Source: Patescibacteria group bacterium (GTDB taxonomy: Bacteria > Patescibacteriota > Patescibacteriia > Patescibacteriales > UBA12465). From it: 64,000 bases of DNA. The notes under the pieces were generated by a model. That model had not been told where the DNA came from, did not search any database, and saw nothing but the letters and a program-made list of their open reading frames with translations. Made by a program: the position numbers and the translations under genes. The stretch spans positions 35,656 to 99,655 of the forward strand of contig JBAYIC010000003.1 in NCBI GenBank assembly GCA_041665845.1, in the 5' to 3' direction. Shown here in pieces: positions 26,959 through 36,731 of the stretch (the stretch's first letter is position 1; each line of letters begins with the position of its first letter).

Positions 26959-27647
26959 AAAGCAATCTTGAGAGATATGAAATGGCAGAGAATCAAATTA
27001 TTGAGTCGTCATCTCTTTTAGAGGAGGATACTATTGGAAAAGTTAACGGAAAGCAATACAAAGAGGAAGCTTATAACACCCTCTACCCGGAAAGGTGTCG
27101 GCTAGATAGTCTAGACAGCACTGAACGTTTTGAAAAAATTTTAAAAATAAGAGAAGATGCGCAAGCAGAATTTCAAGATGTAAAAAGTTTTAACAGAAAA
27201 TTTGTTCCACTTGAAAAAGCAATGGCGCTGGTTGAAAAATGCCAAACTGGCGATCCTGAAAATCCTAGTCGTTTTTTTGCCAATAAATTATATCAAGCTG
27301 TGAAAGACCGCTTTGTCGGTGATAAGTATATATTAAAATTTTTTTCTGCCACTGGAGGAACTCATTTAGATGTTTCACATGGTATTGATTGTTATTTTAA
27401 ACTTTACGATAAAGAAAGCGGAAAAGAATTAACCAGAGCAACAATAGATTTAACTCAAAATCCCAAAAAAGATAAAACCAAATCGGATGTCTTAATTTAT
27501 ATTAAAGATGAGGACCGCGAAAAGTTGGATGGTAGCCGAGGTAATAATCGTTTTGACCCCGCATTTTTAAAAAAAGTAATTGAGGAAGAAACAGAAAAAA
27601 TTACTAATGCCATGATTGAAAATTATCAAAGAAGAGATAGCAAATAA
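26952..27647 (+). CDS. hypothetical protein
   Basis: 231-aa ORF with no recognised family. Confidence 0.45.
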   Translation: MLKSNLERYEMAENQIIESSSLLEEDTIGKVNGKQYKEEAYNTLYPERCRLDSLDSTERFEKILKIREDAQAEFQDVKSFNRKFVPLEKAMALVEKCQTGDPENPSRFFANKLYQAVKDRFVGDKYILKFFSATGGTHLDVSHGIDCYFKLYDKESGKELTRATIDLTQNPKKDKTKSDVLIYIKDEDREKLDGSRGNNRFDPAFLKKVIEEETEKITNAMIENYQRRDSK

Positions 27648-27684
27648 ACATAGTTATAGTACAAACTAAAAAAACCAATATATC

Positions 27685-28035
27685 GTGAACCAAAAAACAA
27701 AAACTGACTTAATTGGTACAACCAGAAAACCAGAACCAATTAGCCAGGAAGATTTTGATATTCTGGTAGCACGAACCATTCATAGTGGATTTGAATGGGA
27801 ACGTGCAATTTCCATGTGCTTCTGCAGTAGATGCGGAACATACGGAGAAACACCCAAGGCATACGTCGAAGACTTAATAGAAAAAATGACAAGTCTCGGC
27901 CAAACGCCAGCCATTGCTTTGGATGATAATAATCCAAAACAATTTAGAAAGTATTATTTCGTAATCAATAATTGTGAAGTTTGCCAACAAGAAGGCGAAC
28001 AAACCACAAAAATTGATATGATATATAAATTCTAA
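27685..28035 (+). CDS. hypothetical small Cys4 zinc-ribbon-like protein
   Basis: Paired CxxC motifs (CSRCG ... CEVCQ) separated by about 50 residues. Confidence 0.45.
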   Translation: MNQKTKTDLIGTTRKPEPISQEDFDILVARTIHSGFEWERAISMCFCSRCGTYGETPKAYVEDLIEKMTSLGQTPAIALDDNNPKQFRKYYFVINNCEVCQQEGEQTTKIDMIYKF

Positions 28036-28087
28036 GTTTTCTACGTCCGTGCCTGTTTGGCACAACAAAAGGGGTTAAGCTTTCTGC

Positions 28088-28522
28088 TCAACCCTTTTTT
28101 ATTTTTATTTCTCTTTTATTTTCTGTAAGATGCGAGATTGATATAGAAATTATTTTTTTAGGCAAAACTTTTTTCACTTTTTCTGCCCATTCAATCGCCG
28201 TTACCGTGATGCTCGAGTCTAAAAATTCTTTTATACCTAAATTCTCTAAATCTTTTCCGGAAGTTAAGCGATAAGAATCGATATGGCAAAATTCTTTTAC
28301 TTTTGACCCAGCTTTTGTTTTGTACAATTTTAAAATATTGAAAGTTGGGCTATTAACTTGAATCTTTACGCCTAGACCTTTAGCTAAGCCTTGCAAGAAA
28401 GTAGTTTTCCCAGCGCCTAAGTCTCCACTAAGCGCAAAAACTTCTCCGCCGAGGCATGCCTTACCAATTTCAAATCCCAAGGCCGTTGTTTCTTGTTGGT
28501 TGTGAGTAATAATTTTTTTCAT
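28088..28522 (-). CDS. tsaE: tRNA threonylcarbamoyladenosine biosynthesis protein TsaE (YjeE ATPase)
   Basis: Walker [11 protein letters not shown] and SPTFNI motif. Start at internal MKKII, so the ORF does not run into tRNA-Val. Confidence 0.8.
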   Translation of the reverse strand: MKKIITHNQQETTALGFEIGKACLGGEVFALSGDLGAGKTTFLQGLAKGLGVKIQVNSPTFNILKLYKTKAGSKVKEFCHIDSYRLTSGKDLENLGIKEFLDSSITVTAIEWAEKVKKVLPKKIISISISHLTENKREIKIKKG

Positions 28523-28580
28523 ACATGATAAACATGATAAATAAAAAAACAGACGCGGTGAGCGACTGTTTTTATATGGG

Positions 28581-28654
28581 TGGGCGCACAAGGATTCGAA
28601 CCCTGGACCCCTTCGGTGTAAACGAAGTGCTCTAACCAGCTGAGCTATGCGCCC
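28581..28654 (-). tRNA. tRNA-Val (anticodon TAC)
   Basis: Reverse complement GGGCGCATAGCTCAGCTGGTTAGAGCACTTCGTTTACACCGAAGGGGTCCAGGGTTCGAATCCTTGTGCGCCCA, with anticodon loop TTTACAC. Confidence 0.85.
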
Positions 28655-28693
28655 TCAAGCGGCTAAGCCGCAAATAATATAGCGAACGAACGG

Positions 28694-28777
28694 TGGGCGA
28701 AAGAGGATTTGAACCTCCACAGCCTTGCGGCCACAAGCCCCTCAAGCTTGCGTGTCTACCAATTTCACCATCCGCCC
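28694..28777 (-). tRNA. tRNA-Leu (anticodon GAG), class II
   Basis: Reverse complement GGGCGGATGGTGAAATTGGTAGACACGCAAGCTTGAGGGGCTTG..., with anticodon loop TTGAGGG and a long variable arm. Confidence 0.85.
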
Positions 28778-28798
28778 AATAATTTTCTAACAAGAAAA

Positions 28799-29125
28799 TT
28801 ATTTAACTACTTTTTCTTTTAATTTTTTCTTATAGCCGGAACGGAGATAATAAAGTTTAGCTCGTCGTACTTCAGCAATTTTTTTAATTTCAATTTTAGT
28901 AATAGTCGGAAGGTTAAGTGGAAATATTTTTTCTACACCAACACCATCAGAAACTTTACGAACAGTAATGGTCGCTCCGATTTCTTTATTATGCTTGTGA
29001 GCAATAATCATTCCTTCAAAGTATTGAACTCTTTCTTTTTCTTCTCCCTTTGAATTAAGTTCTTTAATTTTTTGATAAACCCTGACGGTCATGCCCGGTT
29101 TTAATTCCATTTTAGTTTCAACCAT
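28799..29125 (-). CDS. rplS: 50S ribosomal protein bL19
   Basis: L19 signature region GMTVRVYQKIKE...VQYFEGMIIA...TITVRKV. 108 aa. Confidence 0.85.
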   Translation of the reverse strand: MVETKMELKPGMTVRVYQKIKELNSKGEEKERVQYFEGMIIAHKHNKEIGATITVRKVSDGVGVEKIFPLNLPTITKIEIKKIAEVRRAKLYYLRSGYKKKLKEKVVK

Positions 29126-29206
29126 ATAGTTGGTAAATATATAAACGAGATTTATTAAATCCCGTTATTTTACTTTTAATTTTATAAATCTTGTCTAATA
29201 TTATAA

Positions 29207-29776
29207 TTAATTTTTGGATATGTCAAGATTTTTCTCAACAAATTCATAAACAGACTGAAAAACCTCGTCTTGTGTCAAATTTGTGGTATTTAGGTAAAAA
29301 TCGTAATTTTTCACATCATTAACATCAATTCCGTAATACTTCTGGTATCTGAGCCTATCGCTCACTAAACGCTTTCTTAAGCTCTCCTTTACATCTTCAA
29401 TACTTCCAATGTTTCTATCTTCATTTCTATCGTTTTCTTGCTGTAAATGGCCAAAAACTCGTCTATTACCCTCATCTTCATTAACATCTAAATAAAGCTT
29501 CAAAGAGTGCGGGATAAGAAACCAGGAGGTTCTTCCCTCAACTACAAAATTATCCTCAGTTTCCCCTAATTTCTTCTGATATTCATCGACTTCCTGATCA
29601 GTTTTAGGATCAGTTTCTCCTAATTTATTATATTCTGCTAGGGTCATGCCTCTTTTTTTAGCTGCTTCTCGTCTCAATCCACCCATATAATAACGTGGCC
29701 AACCTAATTTTTCGGATAACCTTTGTGCGATAGTGCTTTTCCCGGAACCATGAGCTCCGCTAATTGATATTATCAT
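29207..29776 (-). CDS. cmk: cytidylate kinase-like (d)CMP kinase, P-loop NMP kinase
   Basis: P-loop ISISGAHGSGKST and VVEGRTSWFLIPHSLKLYLDVNEDEGNRR, which matches the cmk core/LID pattern. Confidence 0.65.
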   Translation of the reverse strand: MIISISGAHGSGKSTIAQRLSEKLGWPRYYMGGLRREAAKKRGMTLAEYNKLGETDPKTDQEVDEYQKKLGETEDNFVVEGRTSWFLIPHSLKLYLDVNEDEGNRRVFGHLQQENDRNEDRNIGSIEDVKESLRKRLVSDRLRYQKYYGIDVNDVKNYDFYLNTTNLTQDEVFQSVYEFVEKNLDISKN

Positions 29777-29910
29777 AAAAATATCTTAGCTGATTACCTT
29801 TCAAAAATCAATAAATTACCTTATAATGAAAACAGTTAAAGGCCCTGGGCCATTTTTGATTTTAATAAACAAGCTTTTTCGCTTCTGAAGCGATAAAATT
29901 CTATTTTGAT

Positions 29911-32900
29911 ATGTATTTAGAAAAACTGGAAATTCAAGGATTTAAATCTTTTGCCAATAAAAACAAATTAATATTTTCCGGAATGGTTGATAATAAAAGA
30001 AAAGGCCTAACGGCTATTGTCGGCCCCAATGGTTCAGGAAAATCAAACGTTGCCGATGCTATTCGCTGGGCGCTGGGTGAACAAAGCCTAAAAACTCTAA
30101 GAGGCAAAAAAAGTGAAGATGTAATTTTTTCCGGCTCCGATCAAAAAAGCCAATTAGGTTTAGCCGAGGTTTCTCTTTTTCTTAATAATGAAGAGGCGGT
30201 TAAAAAAAATTCCGAACAACCGAAAACGATTGAAAAAGAAAGTGATCTTGATCAAATTATTACCAGCTGTTCTGAAATTGTTATTACTCGTCGTATTTTT
30301 AGAAATGGCGACGGCGAATATTTGTTGAATGGAAATCGTGTCCGTTTATCGGATATCCAGATGCTCCTTGCTAAAGCAAACTTCGGACAAAAAACTTATA
30401 GCGTTATCGGCCAAGGGATGGTAGAAAATTTTTTAAGTTCATCGGCCGCGGAACGTAAAGATTTTTTTGATGAAGCGACTGGCGTAAAACAATTTCAAAT
30501 CAAACGTGATTCTGCTCTCAATAAATTAGAAGCTAGCTATGAAAATTTACAACAGGTAGATATGCTTCTAGTTGAAATCAGGCCGAGATTAAAAAGCTTA
30601 ACTAGACAAGTTGATAAATTGAAACGCCGCAGTGAAATAGAGGGTGAATTAAATTCCGCTCAATTTAATTATTATGGTTTTCTTTGGCAAGATATTAATC
30701 AAAAATTAGATTCTTTAAACGGACAATTTTTAGAATTAGAAAAAGTAAAAATTGACCATGAAAAAAAATTAGAGAAATTAACTGAGGATTTAAATAAAAT
30801 AAGAACGACCGATAATTTTCGGGAAATCAATGAACTCCAACCTCGCCTTAGAGACTTAGAGAATCAAAAAAGCCAATACCAAAAGAAGCTATCTAAACTT
30901 CAAGCTGAACTTGAGGTTCAATTAGAAGCCCAAGGACAATTTGATGTTTCCTGGTTAAACAACAAAGCGGGAGAGTTAGGGGCTGAATTAGAAAATATTT
31001 CTTTAGAAATAAATTCTCTAGAAAAAAGCCGCCCCAAACTAGAAGAAGAATCTTTAAGCGCAGAATTAGCTGAAACCAATAAAGAAATATCTACTTCTGA
31101 AGAAACGAAAAGAGCAATTAGTCGTTTAGAAAATGAACAATTTAATTTTAATAGACAAATAAGTAAACTCGAAGCAATCTTAGAAGCGAATTTAGAAGCG
31201 CAAGGGCAATTTGATGTTTCCTGGCTAAGCGGAAAACAAGAAGAATTATTAAACGAATTTAAAAAAATAACCGAAGAAACAGAAGCCCTCCGCCAAGAAA
31301 ACAATCGAGAAGAAAGCGAGGAAATGAAGCTTAAATTAAATAAGATTCAACAAGATCTCGGCTCTCTTAATAAAGAGCTGGCCGTTATTAATGATAAGAT
31401 AAAAGCCGCCGCTAAATCTGGGACTAAAGATGAAGAAATCGGCAAAATAATTGATGAATTTTTGCAAAAACTAGACGGTATTAATTCAACCGCTAGCTTA
31501 GAAGAAGTAAAAAAACTAATTGCCGCCGCCAAGAAAGATTTTCAAATTAAAATTAAAGCAACTTTAACCGGAGAAAGCGATGAAGATGCTCTGCGTATTC
31601 AAGAAATACAAACCACCATTATTAATCTAACCGATAAGCGCCAAATTATTCACAATCGATTAAATGAAGAACTTTTACGCCTTTCGACTATCAACGAGAG
31701 ACTGCGCATGACCGAAGAAAAGAAAATTCAAGTTCAAAGAGAGCTAGAAGATATCAAAACAAAGTTAGAAAAAGCTCAAATTAAATTTGATGCCGGTAAA
31801 ATAGAGGATGAAAAGATAATTGTTACTAAAAAAATTGTTGAACTAGAAAAAGAAATAGAAAAATTAAAATCTTCTTATCAAGGAACAGCCCTGCAAGAAA
31901 AGAGGCAGCAAATTTTAGAGAAAATTCAATCCTGTAGATTAAAAGATTCTTCTATTAATGAGAGAATGAGATTGCTTCGTGATAAAAAAGAACAGCTAGA
32001 AAATGAAATCACTGATATCAAGAGCAAGGTAGCAAAAAGTGAAGTTAAGTTTGATGCTTCTGCTATTGATAACGAGAAAAAAGAACTAAACCAGCTGGTT
32101 GAAGACCTTAACCAGGAAATCAATATTATTAATTCAAAGCTTGAAAATTTAAACCAAGCCAAAGAAAAAGAAAAAGGCCAAATGTTTGAATGCCAAAAAA
32201 ATATTCAAGCCTTACAACAAGAAATTAATTCCATCGCTACTAGATTGAACGATTTAAAAATTAATTCCACCAGACAAGAAACAAAATTAGAAGATTTAGA
32301 AAATAATATAAGAAACGACGAGTTAAACATCAGTGATATCAAAGTACATAAGATTGCTGGCGAAGCGATTGACTTAGAGCGTTGGCAAAAAACGCTTAAC
32401 AATAGTAAAACTCAATTAGAGCAAATCGGAGGAATTGATCCGGAAACAGAAAAGGAATATACGGAAACAAAAACTCGTTATGATTTCTTAAGTTCTCAAA
32501 CTGAAGACTTAAACCAAGCGGTTAAATCTTTAGAACAGGTAATCTACGAGCTTGATATGAATATCAAGAGTCGCTTTGACCAAGAATTTAAAATTATTTC
32601 CGAAAAATTTAATGATTACTTTAAAATTCTTTTTAATGGCGGCTCAGCTAAAATTTCTAAAATCCTAATTGAAGATTTAGAAAAAGAAGAAGCAAAAAAT
32701 GGCAATACAAATAATGATACTATTAACCAAGGCTTAACCCCAGCAGAAATAGAAATGAAACAAGCGGCAAACGAAAAAATGAAAAAAATAAAGTTCTTAA
32801 AAAAATACAATGCCGTTGGTTTGGCAGGAATTGAAATTCAAGCAATCCCTCCTGGTAAAAAAATCCAAGCAGTTACCATGCTTTCTGGAGGCGAAAGAGC

Positions 32901-33177
32901 GTTAACGGCGATTGCTCTTATTTCGGCTATTATTAGCGCTAATCCTTCTCCATTTGTTGTTCTTGATGAAGTTGATGCCGCGCTTGATGAATCTAATTCT
33001 GAACGTTTAGCGAGAATTCTCGATGATCTATCTGATAAAACTCAGTTTATCGTGATTACTCATAATCGCGCTTCTATGCGCCGGGCTAGTATTTTATACG
33101 GAGTAACTATGCAATCAGACGGGGTAAGCAAATTACTAAGCGTTAAACTCGATGAAGTGAAATTAGATAATAAATAA
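29911..33177 (+). CDS. smc: chromosome segregation protein SMC
   Basis: N-terminal Walker A GPNGSGKSNVADAIRWALGEQS, long coiled coils, C-terminal signature LSGGERALTAIAL and Walker B VVLDEVDAALD. Contains an internal near-repeat (see findings). Confidence 0.9.
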   Translation: MYLEKLEIQGFKSFANKNKLIFSGMVDNKRKGLTAIVGPNGSGKSNVADAIRWALGEQSLKTLRGKKSEDVIFSGSDQKSQLGLAEVSLFLNNEEAVKKNSEQPKTIEKESDLDQIITSCSEIVITRRIFRNGDGEYLLNGNRVRLSDIQMLLAKANFGQKTYSVIGQGMVENFLSSSAAERKDFFDEATGVKQFQIKRDSALNKLEASYENLQQVDMLLVEIRPRLKSLTRQVDKLKRRSEIEGELNSAQFNYYGFLWQDINQKLDSLNGQFLELEKVKIDHEKKLEKLTEDLNKIRTTDNFREINELQPRLRDLENQKSQYQKKLSKLQAELEVQLEAQGQFDVSWLNNKAGELGAELENISLEINSLEKSRPKLEEESLSAELAETNKEISTSEETKRAISRLENEQFNFNRQISKLEAILEANLEAQGQFDVSWLSGKQEELLNEFKKITEETEALRQENNREESEEMKLKLNKIQQDLGSLNKELAVINDKIKAAAKSGTKDEEIGKIIDEFLQKLDGINSTASLEEVKKLIAAAKKDFQIKIKATLTGESDEDALRIQEIQTTIINLTDKRQIIHNRLNEELLRLSTINERLRMTEEKKIQVQRELEDIKTKLEKAQIKFDAGKIEDEKIIVTKKIVELEKEIEKLKSSYQGTALQEKRQQILEKIQSCRLKDSSINERMRLLRDKKEQLENEITDIKSKVAKSEVKFDASAIDNEKKELNQLVEDLNQEINIINSKLENLNQAKEKEKGQMFECQKNIQALQQEINSIATRLNDLKINSTRQETKLEDLENNIRNDELNISDIKVHKIAGEAIDLERWQKTLNNSKTQLEQIGGIDPETEKEYTETKTRYDFLSSQTEDLNQAVKSLEQVIYELDMNIKSRFDQEFKIISEKFNDYFKILFNGGSAKISKILIEDLEKEEAKNGNTNNDTINQGLTPAEIEMKQAANEKMKKIKFLKKYNAVGLAGIEIQAIPPGKKIQAVTMLSGGERALTAIALISAIISANPSPFVVLDEVDAALDESNSERLARILDDLSDKTQFIVITHNRASMRRASILYGVTMQSDGVSKLLSVKLDEVKLDNK

Positions 33178-33266
33178 TTCATAATAAATTTAAGCCCTCT
33201 TTATCTATAAAAGATTATAATAAAACCGTTCAAATAATGAACGGTTTTATTTTTAATTTTAAAAAA

Positions 33267-34775
33267 ATGGCGATAAAAATATTATCAGCTGCTCTTTCTG
33301 GAATTGAAGCGGAGATAATCGAAATTGAGGCGACTGCTGGTGGCGGTGATTTTGGTCAAATAACAATTGTTGGTCTACCGGATACTTCTGTTTCTGAAGC
33401 TAAAGAAAGAGTTCGGAGCGCGCTCCTTAATGGCGGCCTTGAATTTCCAAAAAGAAAAATAACTGTTAATCTTGCTCCAGCGGAAATTAGAAAAAGCGGA
33501 CCAATCTATGACTTACCGATTGCTATTAGTATCTTGTCTTTGAAATATAAATTTAATTTTGATTTTTCTACTTGTTTAATTGCCGGGGAGTTATCATTAA
33601 CGGGAGAAGTACGAAAAATAAGAGGCGCTGTTTCTATGGCGATTAAAGCTCGCGAACGTGGTTTAAAATATTTGTTTTTACCTTTTGAAAATGCTAAAGA
33701 AACTAGTCTAATAAAAGAGCTACTAATTTTTCCGGTAAATACCCTGCGTGAATTAATAGATCATTTAAATAAAAAAACATTAATCATTCCTTGTAAATCC
33801 CAAGTGTTCTATTTCAAAAACAAAATCACAATTGATTTTTCCGATATAAAAGGACAAGAAAAAGCTAAGCGAGCCTTAGAAATTGCTATTGCTGGAGGCC
33901 ACAATATATTAATGAGCGGACCGCCAGGAAGCGGGAAAACTATGCTCGCTAAAGCAGCGGGTGGTATTTTACCGCCATTATCTGAGCAAGAAAGACTAGA
34001 AGTCTCAAAAATATATAGCGTCGCTAATAATTCAGAAAATGTGAATAGCATTCAAGCGAGACCATTTAGAGCTCCTCATCATAGCGCTTCTATGGCAGCT
34101 TTAATAGGCGGCGGAACGAAATTTAGGCCAGGCGAAATATCTTTAGCTCATCTAGGGGTCCTATTTCTAGATGAATTTCCGGAATTTTCTCGTGATGCCT
34201 TAGAAAGTTTGCGCCAACCTTTAGAAGAAGGAGAAATTGTAATAAGTCGTGCTGCTGGAAATTTAAAATTACCGGCTAAATTTATTTTAATCGCCGCTAT
34301 GAACCCTTGCCCTTGCGGCTTAAACGGGATGAAAGGAAAGGAATGTACCTGTAGCCAAGAAAAGATAAAAAACTATCGACGTAAAATATCCGGACCGATA
34401 CTAGATAGGATAGATTTATATATTGAGGTATTGAACCTTAATTTAATGGAATTAGATGAAAATGTAAAAAGAGAAAATTCAATTAATATCGGCGAGAGAA
34501 TAAAAAAAGCTAGAAAAATTCAAGCTGAACGCTTATTGACTCTTTCTTTATCTCTAAATTCATTCTTAACATCAAAACAAATCAAAAAATTTTGCCAAAT
34601 TAATAAAGCCGGCGAAGAATTGATTATCTCGGCCGCCAAAAATCTGAGTTTTTCTAATCGCTCTTATTTTAAAATTTTAAAAATTGCTAGAACTATCGCC
34701 GATTTAGACGGCAAGGAAATAATTGAAGAAAAGCATCTGGCCGAAGCTCTGCAATATAGACCGAGATTGGAATAA
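33267..34775 (+). CDS. comM: YifB/ComM family Mg-chelatase-like AAA+ ATPase
   Basis: N-terminal Lon-like domain (ILSAALSGIEAEIIEIEA), Walker A GPPGSGKTM, Walker B VLFLDEFPE, C-terminal Mg_chelatase_C region. Confidence 0.85.
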   Translation: MAIKILSAALSGIEAEIIEIEATAGGGDFGQITIVGLPDTSVSEAKERVRSALLNGGLEFPKRKITVNLAPAEIRKSGPIYDLPIAISILSLKYKFNFDFSTCLIAGELSLTGEVRKIRGAVSMAIKARERGLKYLFLPFENAKETSLIKELLIFPVNTLRELIDHLNKKTLIIPCKSQVFYFKNKITIDFSDIKGQEKAKRALEIAIAGGHNILMSGPPGSGKTMLAKAAGGILPPLSEQERLEVSKIYSVANNSENVNSIQARPFRAPHHSASMAALIGGGTKFRPGEISLAHLGVLFLDEFPEFSRDALESLRQPLEEGEIVISRAAGNLKLPAKFILIAAMNPCPCGLNGMKGKECTCSQEKIKNYRRKISGPILDRIDLYIEVLNLNLMELDENVKRENSINIGERIKKARKIQAERLLTLSLSLNSFLTSKQIKKFCQINKAGEELIISAAKNLSFSNRSYFKILKIARTIADLDGKEIIEEKHLAEALQYRPRLE

Positions 34776-34847
34776 AACCGTTCTTTAAAAAATTGGAATA
34801 ATCGGCCAGTATGCGTTATAATATAAGCAACTACAAAAAATAAAAAT

Positions 34848-36227
34848 ATGCTTAAAAAAATAACAGTTCTTTTTCTGTTAGCCATCTTTTTTCTTGGTTC
34901 TGGTTTTGGTTGCAAAGTCAACGATCAAGCTACCGCTAACGCGATGAAGCCGGTTACTCTAACATATTGGCGGGTTTTCGATGGCGCCGATGCTTTTGAC
35001 GAAATAATTAAGAATTACCAAATTTTACACCCTTTTATTAATATCGAATATCGCAAGCTGCGCTACGAAGAGTATGAGACTGAGCTTCTAAATGCCTTGG
35101 CCGAGGATAGAGGCCCAGATATTTTTTCTATCCATAACACCTGGATTAGAAAATATCAATCAAAAATAACAGCCATGCCCGATACAACCGCTATCGCCTA
35201 TCTGGTAACCCAAGGAACATTAAAAAAAGAAATCATCCCAGAATTAAGAACGACGCGCAGTTTAAGCACTAAAGAAATTAGAGATAATTTTGTTGATGTC
35301 GTTGGCAAAGATGTTATTTTAAATGATGGTAAAGTTTACGGTTTACCTTTATCGGTTGATACGTTAGCAATGTTTTATAATAAAGACCTTTTAAATAATG
35401 CCGGTATCAGTGAAACTCCAAAATATTGGAATCGCGATTTTTTGCAAGCTGTAAAAAAACTAACTAAACAAGATCCTAAAAGAGGATTGATTCAATCAGG
35501 AATAGCGATGGGCGGTAGTTCGAATATTGAGAGATATAGCGATATTCTAGCGGCGCTGATGATGCAAAATGGGGCGAATATGATAAGCGATGATGGTCGA
35601 GTATTATTTCATACCGTTCCTGAATTTGCCAGAGAAACCAATTATAATCCTGGACTTGAAGCCTTAAGATTTTATACTGATTTCGCTAACCCAACCAAAG
35701 AGTCTTATTCTTGGAACGGCGAGCTTAATAACTCTTTAGAAATGTTTATCAACGGAAATCTAGCAATAATGTTCGGTTACTCATATCATATCCCGCTGAT
35801 CAAGGCGGGGGCACCAAAATTAAATTTTTCAATTGTTAAATTCCCTCAAATAGAGGGGACCCCTCCGACTAATATTAACTTTGCTAATTATTGGGTAGAA
35901 ACTGTTTCTAAAAAGAGCAAGCACCCCAATGAGGCTTGGGATTTTATTCAATTTATGGTTAAAGAAGAACAAGCGAAGCTTTATTTAAAACAAACCAAGA
36001 AACCAACCGCCCTGAGATCTTTAGTCGCCAGCCAAAAAACTGATGATGAAATTGGAGTTTTTGTTGATCAAGTCTTAACCGCTCGAAGTTGGTATCGAGG
36101 AAAAAATGTTACTGCGGCTGAAGATGCTATTAAAGAATTAATTGATCTAGCTTTAAACAATACTAGCGATAAATTACAAAAAATTATTAATACTACGGCC
36201 GCTAAAATTCAACAAACTATTAACTAG
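34848..36227 (+). CDS. ABC transporter extracellular solute-binding protein (family 1, sugar-type), lipoprotein
   Basis: Signal peptide with lipobox-like LGSGFGC. About 460 aa periplasmic binding protein composition. Confidence 0.65.
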   Translation: MLKKITVLFLLAIFFLGSGFGCKVNDQATANAMKPVTLTYWRVFDGADAFDEIIKNYQILHPFINIEYRKLRYEEYETELLNALAEDRGPDIFSIHNTWIRKYQSKITAMPDTTAIAYLVTQGTLKKEIIPELRTTRSLSTKEIRDNFVDVVGKDVILNDGKVYGLPLSVDTLAMFYNKDLLNNAGISETPKYWNRDFLQAVKKLTKQDPKRGLIQSGIAMGGSSNIERYSDILAALMMQNGANMISDDGRVLFHTVPEFARETNYNPGLEALRFYTDFANPTKESYSWNGELNNSLEMFINGNLAIMFGYSYHIPLIKAGAPKLNFSIVKFPQIEGTPPTNINFANYWVETVSKKSKHPNEAWDFIQFMVKEEQAKLYLKQTKKPTALRSLVASQKTDDEIGVFVDQVLTARSWYRGKNVTAAEDAIKELIDLALNNTSDKLQKIINTTAAKIQQTIN

Positions 36228-36233
36228 AGCTAT

Positions 36234-36695
36234 ATGTTAAAAAAGCTTTTCTTAGCAACAATCTTGTCGGGAATATTTATTATAAATTTAGCGGCTGTTC
36301 AGGCAACAACATCGCCTACCGGTTTAGTACCAAAAGCGACCGGCGAAGCTTCTGTGGGATGTAATGCTCCAGCAGGGTCGGGACTTGATGATAAAACTTA
36401 CTGCGGAGATTATCGTCTTGAAGATTTTATTTCTATTGCAATTATCGCTTCTAAATGGATATTAGGAATAGTCGGCTCCTTATCTTTAGTGATGTTTATT
36501 TATGGCGGAATAATGTTTTTAATCTCAGCTGGTTCTAGCGATAAGATCGGACAAGCAAGAAAAATAATTATTGCCGCCATAGTCGGGTTAGTTATTGTTT
36601 TCTCCAGTTATTTAATCATTCAATTTGTGGTCAGTGGAATCGGAACGGTTGATAAATATAAATTTGATGGGAAGATTGATGTAACAACGCCTTAA
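36234..36695 (+). CDS. small secreted two-helix membrane protein, divergent paralogue of the 41195-43877 pilin-like family
   Basis: Signal peptide, then IYGGIMFLISAGSSDKIGQARKIIIAAIVGLVIVFSSYLIIQF, matching the family pattern (hydrophobic helix / short polar loop / IGL.IVL.AY.I..F helix). Confidence 0.5.
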   Translation: MLKKLFLATILSGIFIINLAAVQATTSPTGLVPKATGEASVGCNAPAGSGLDDKTYCGDYRLEDFISIAIIASKWILGIVGSLSLVMFIYGGIMFLISAGSSDKIGQARKIIIAAIVGLVIVFSSYLIIQFVVSGIGTVDKYKFDGKIDVTTP

Positions 36696-36731
36696 TCAAA
36701 GATAAGCTAAATAATTACTAACCAATATCCC

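Noticed and set aside
30918-32810. Several 60-130-aa minus-strand ORFs inside smc (30918-31304, 31347-31532, 31926-32162, 32205-32402, 32616-32810)
   Set aside because: They lie antisense to the SMC coiled-coil coding sequence. Ser/Leu-rich low-complexity translations are expected from a GAA/AAA-rich sense strand.
36234-36695. Interpreting the pilin-like proteins as type IV (prepilin peptidase-dependent) pilins or ComGC
   Set aside because: There is no G/FTLIE class-III prepilin motif at the N-terminus. The signal peptides look Sec/SPase-I-type (A-x-A/Q) and the conserved element is an inter-helix loop, which fits VirB2/TrbC-type topology instead.
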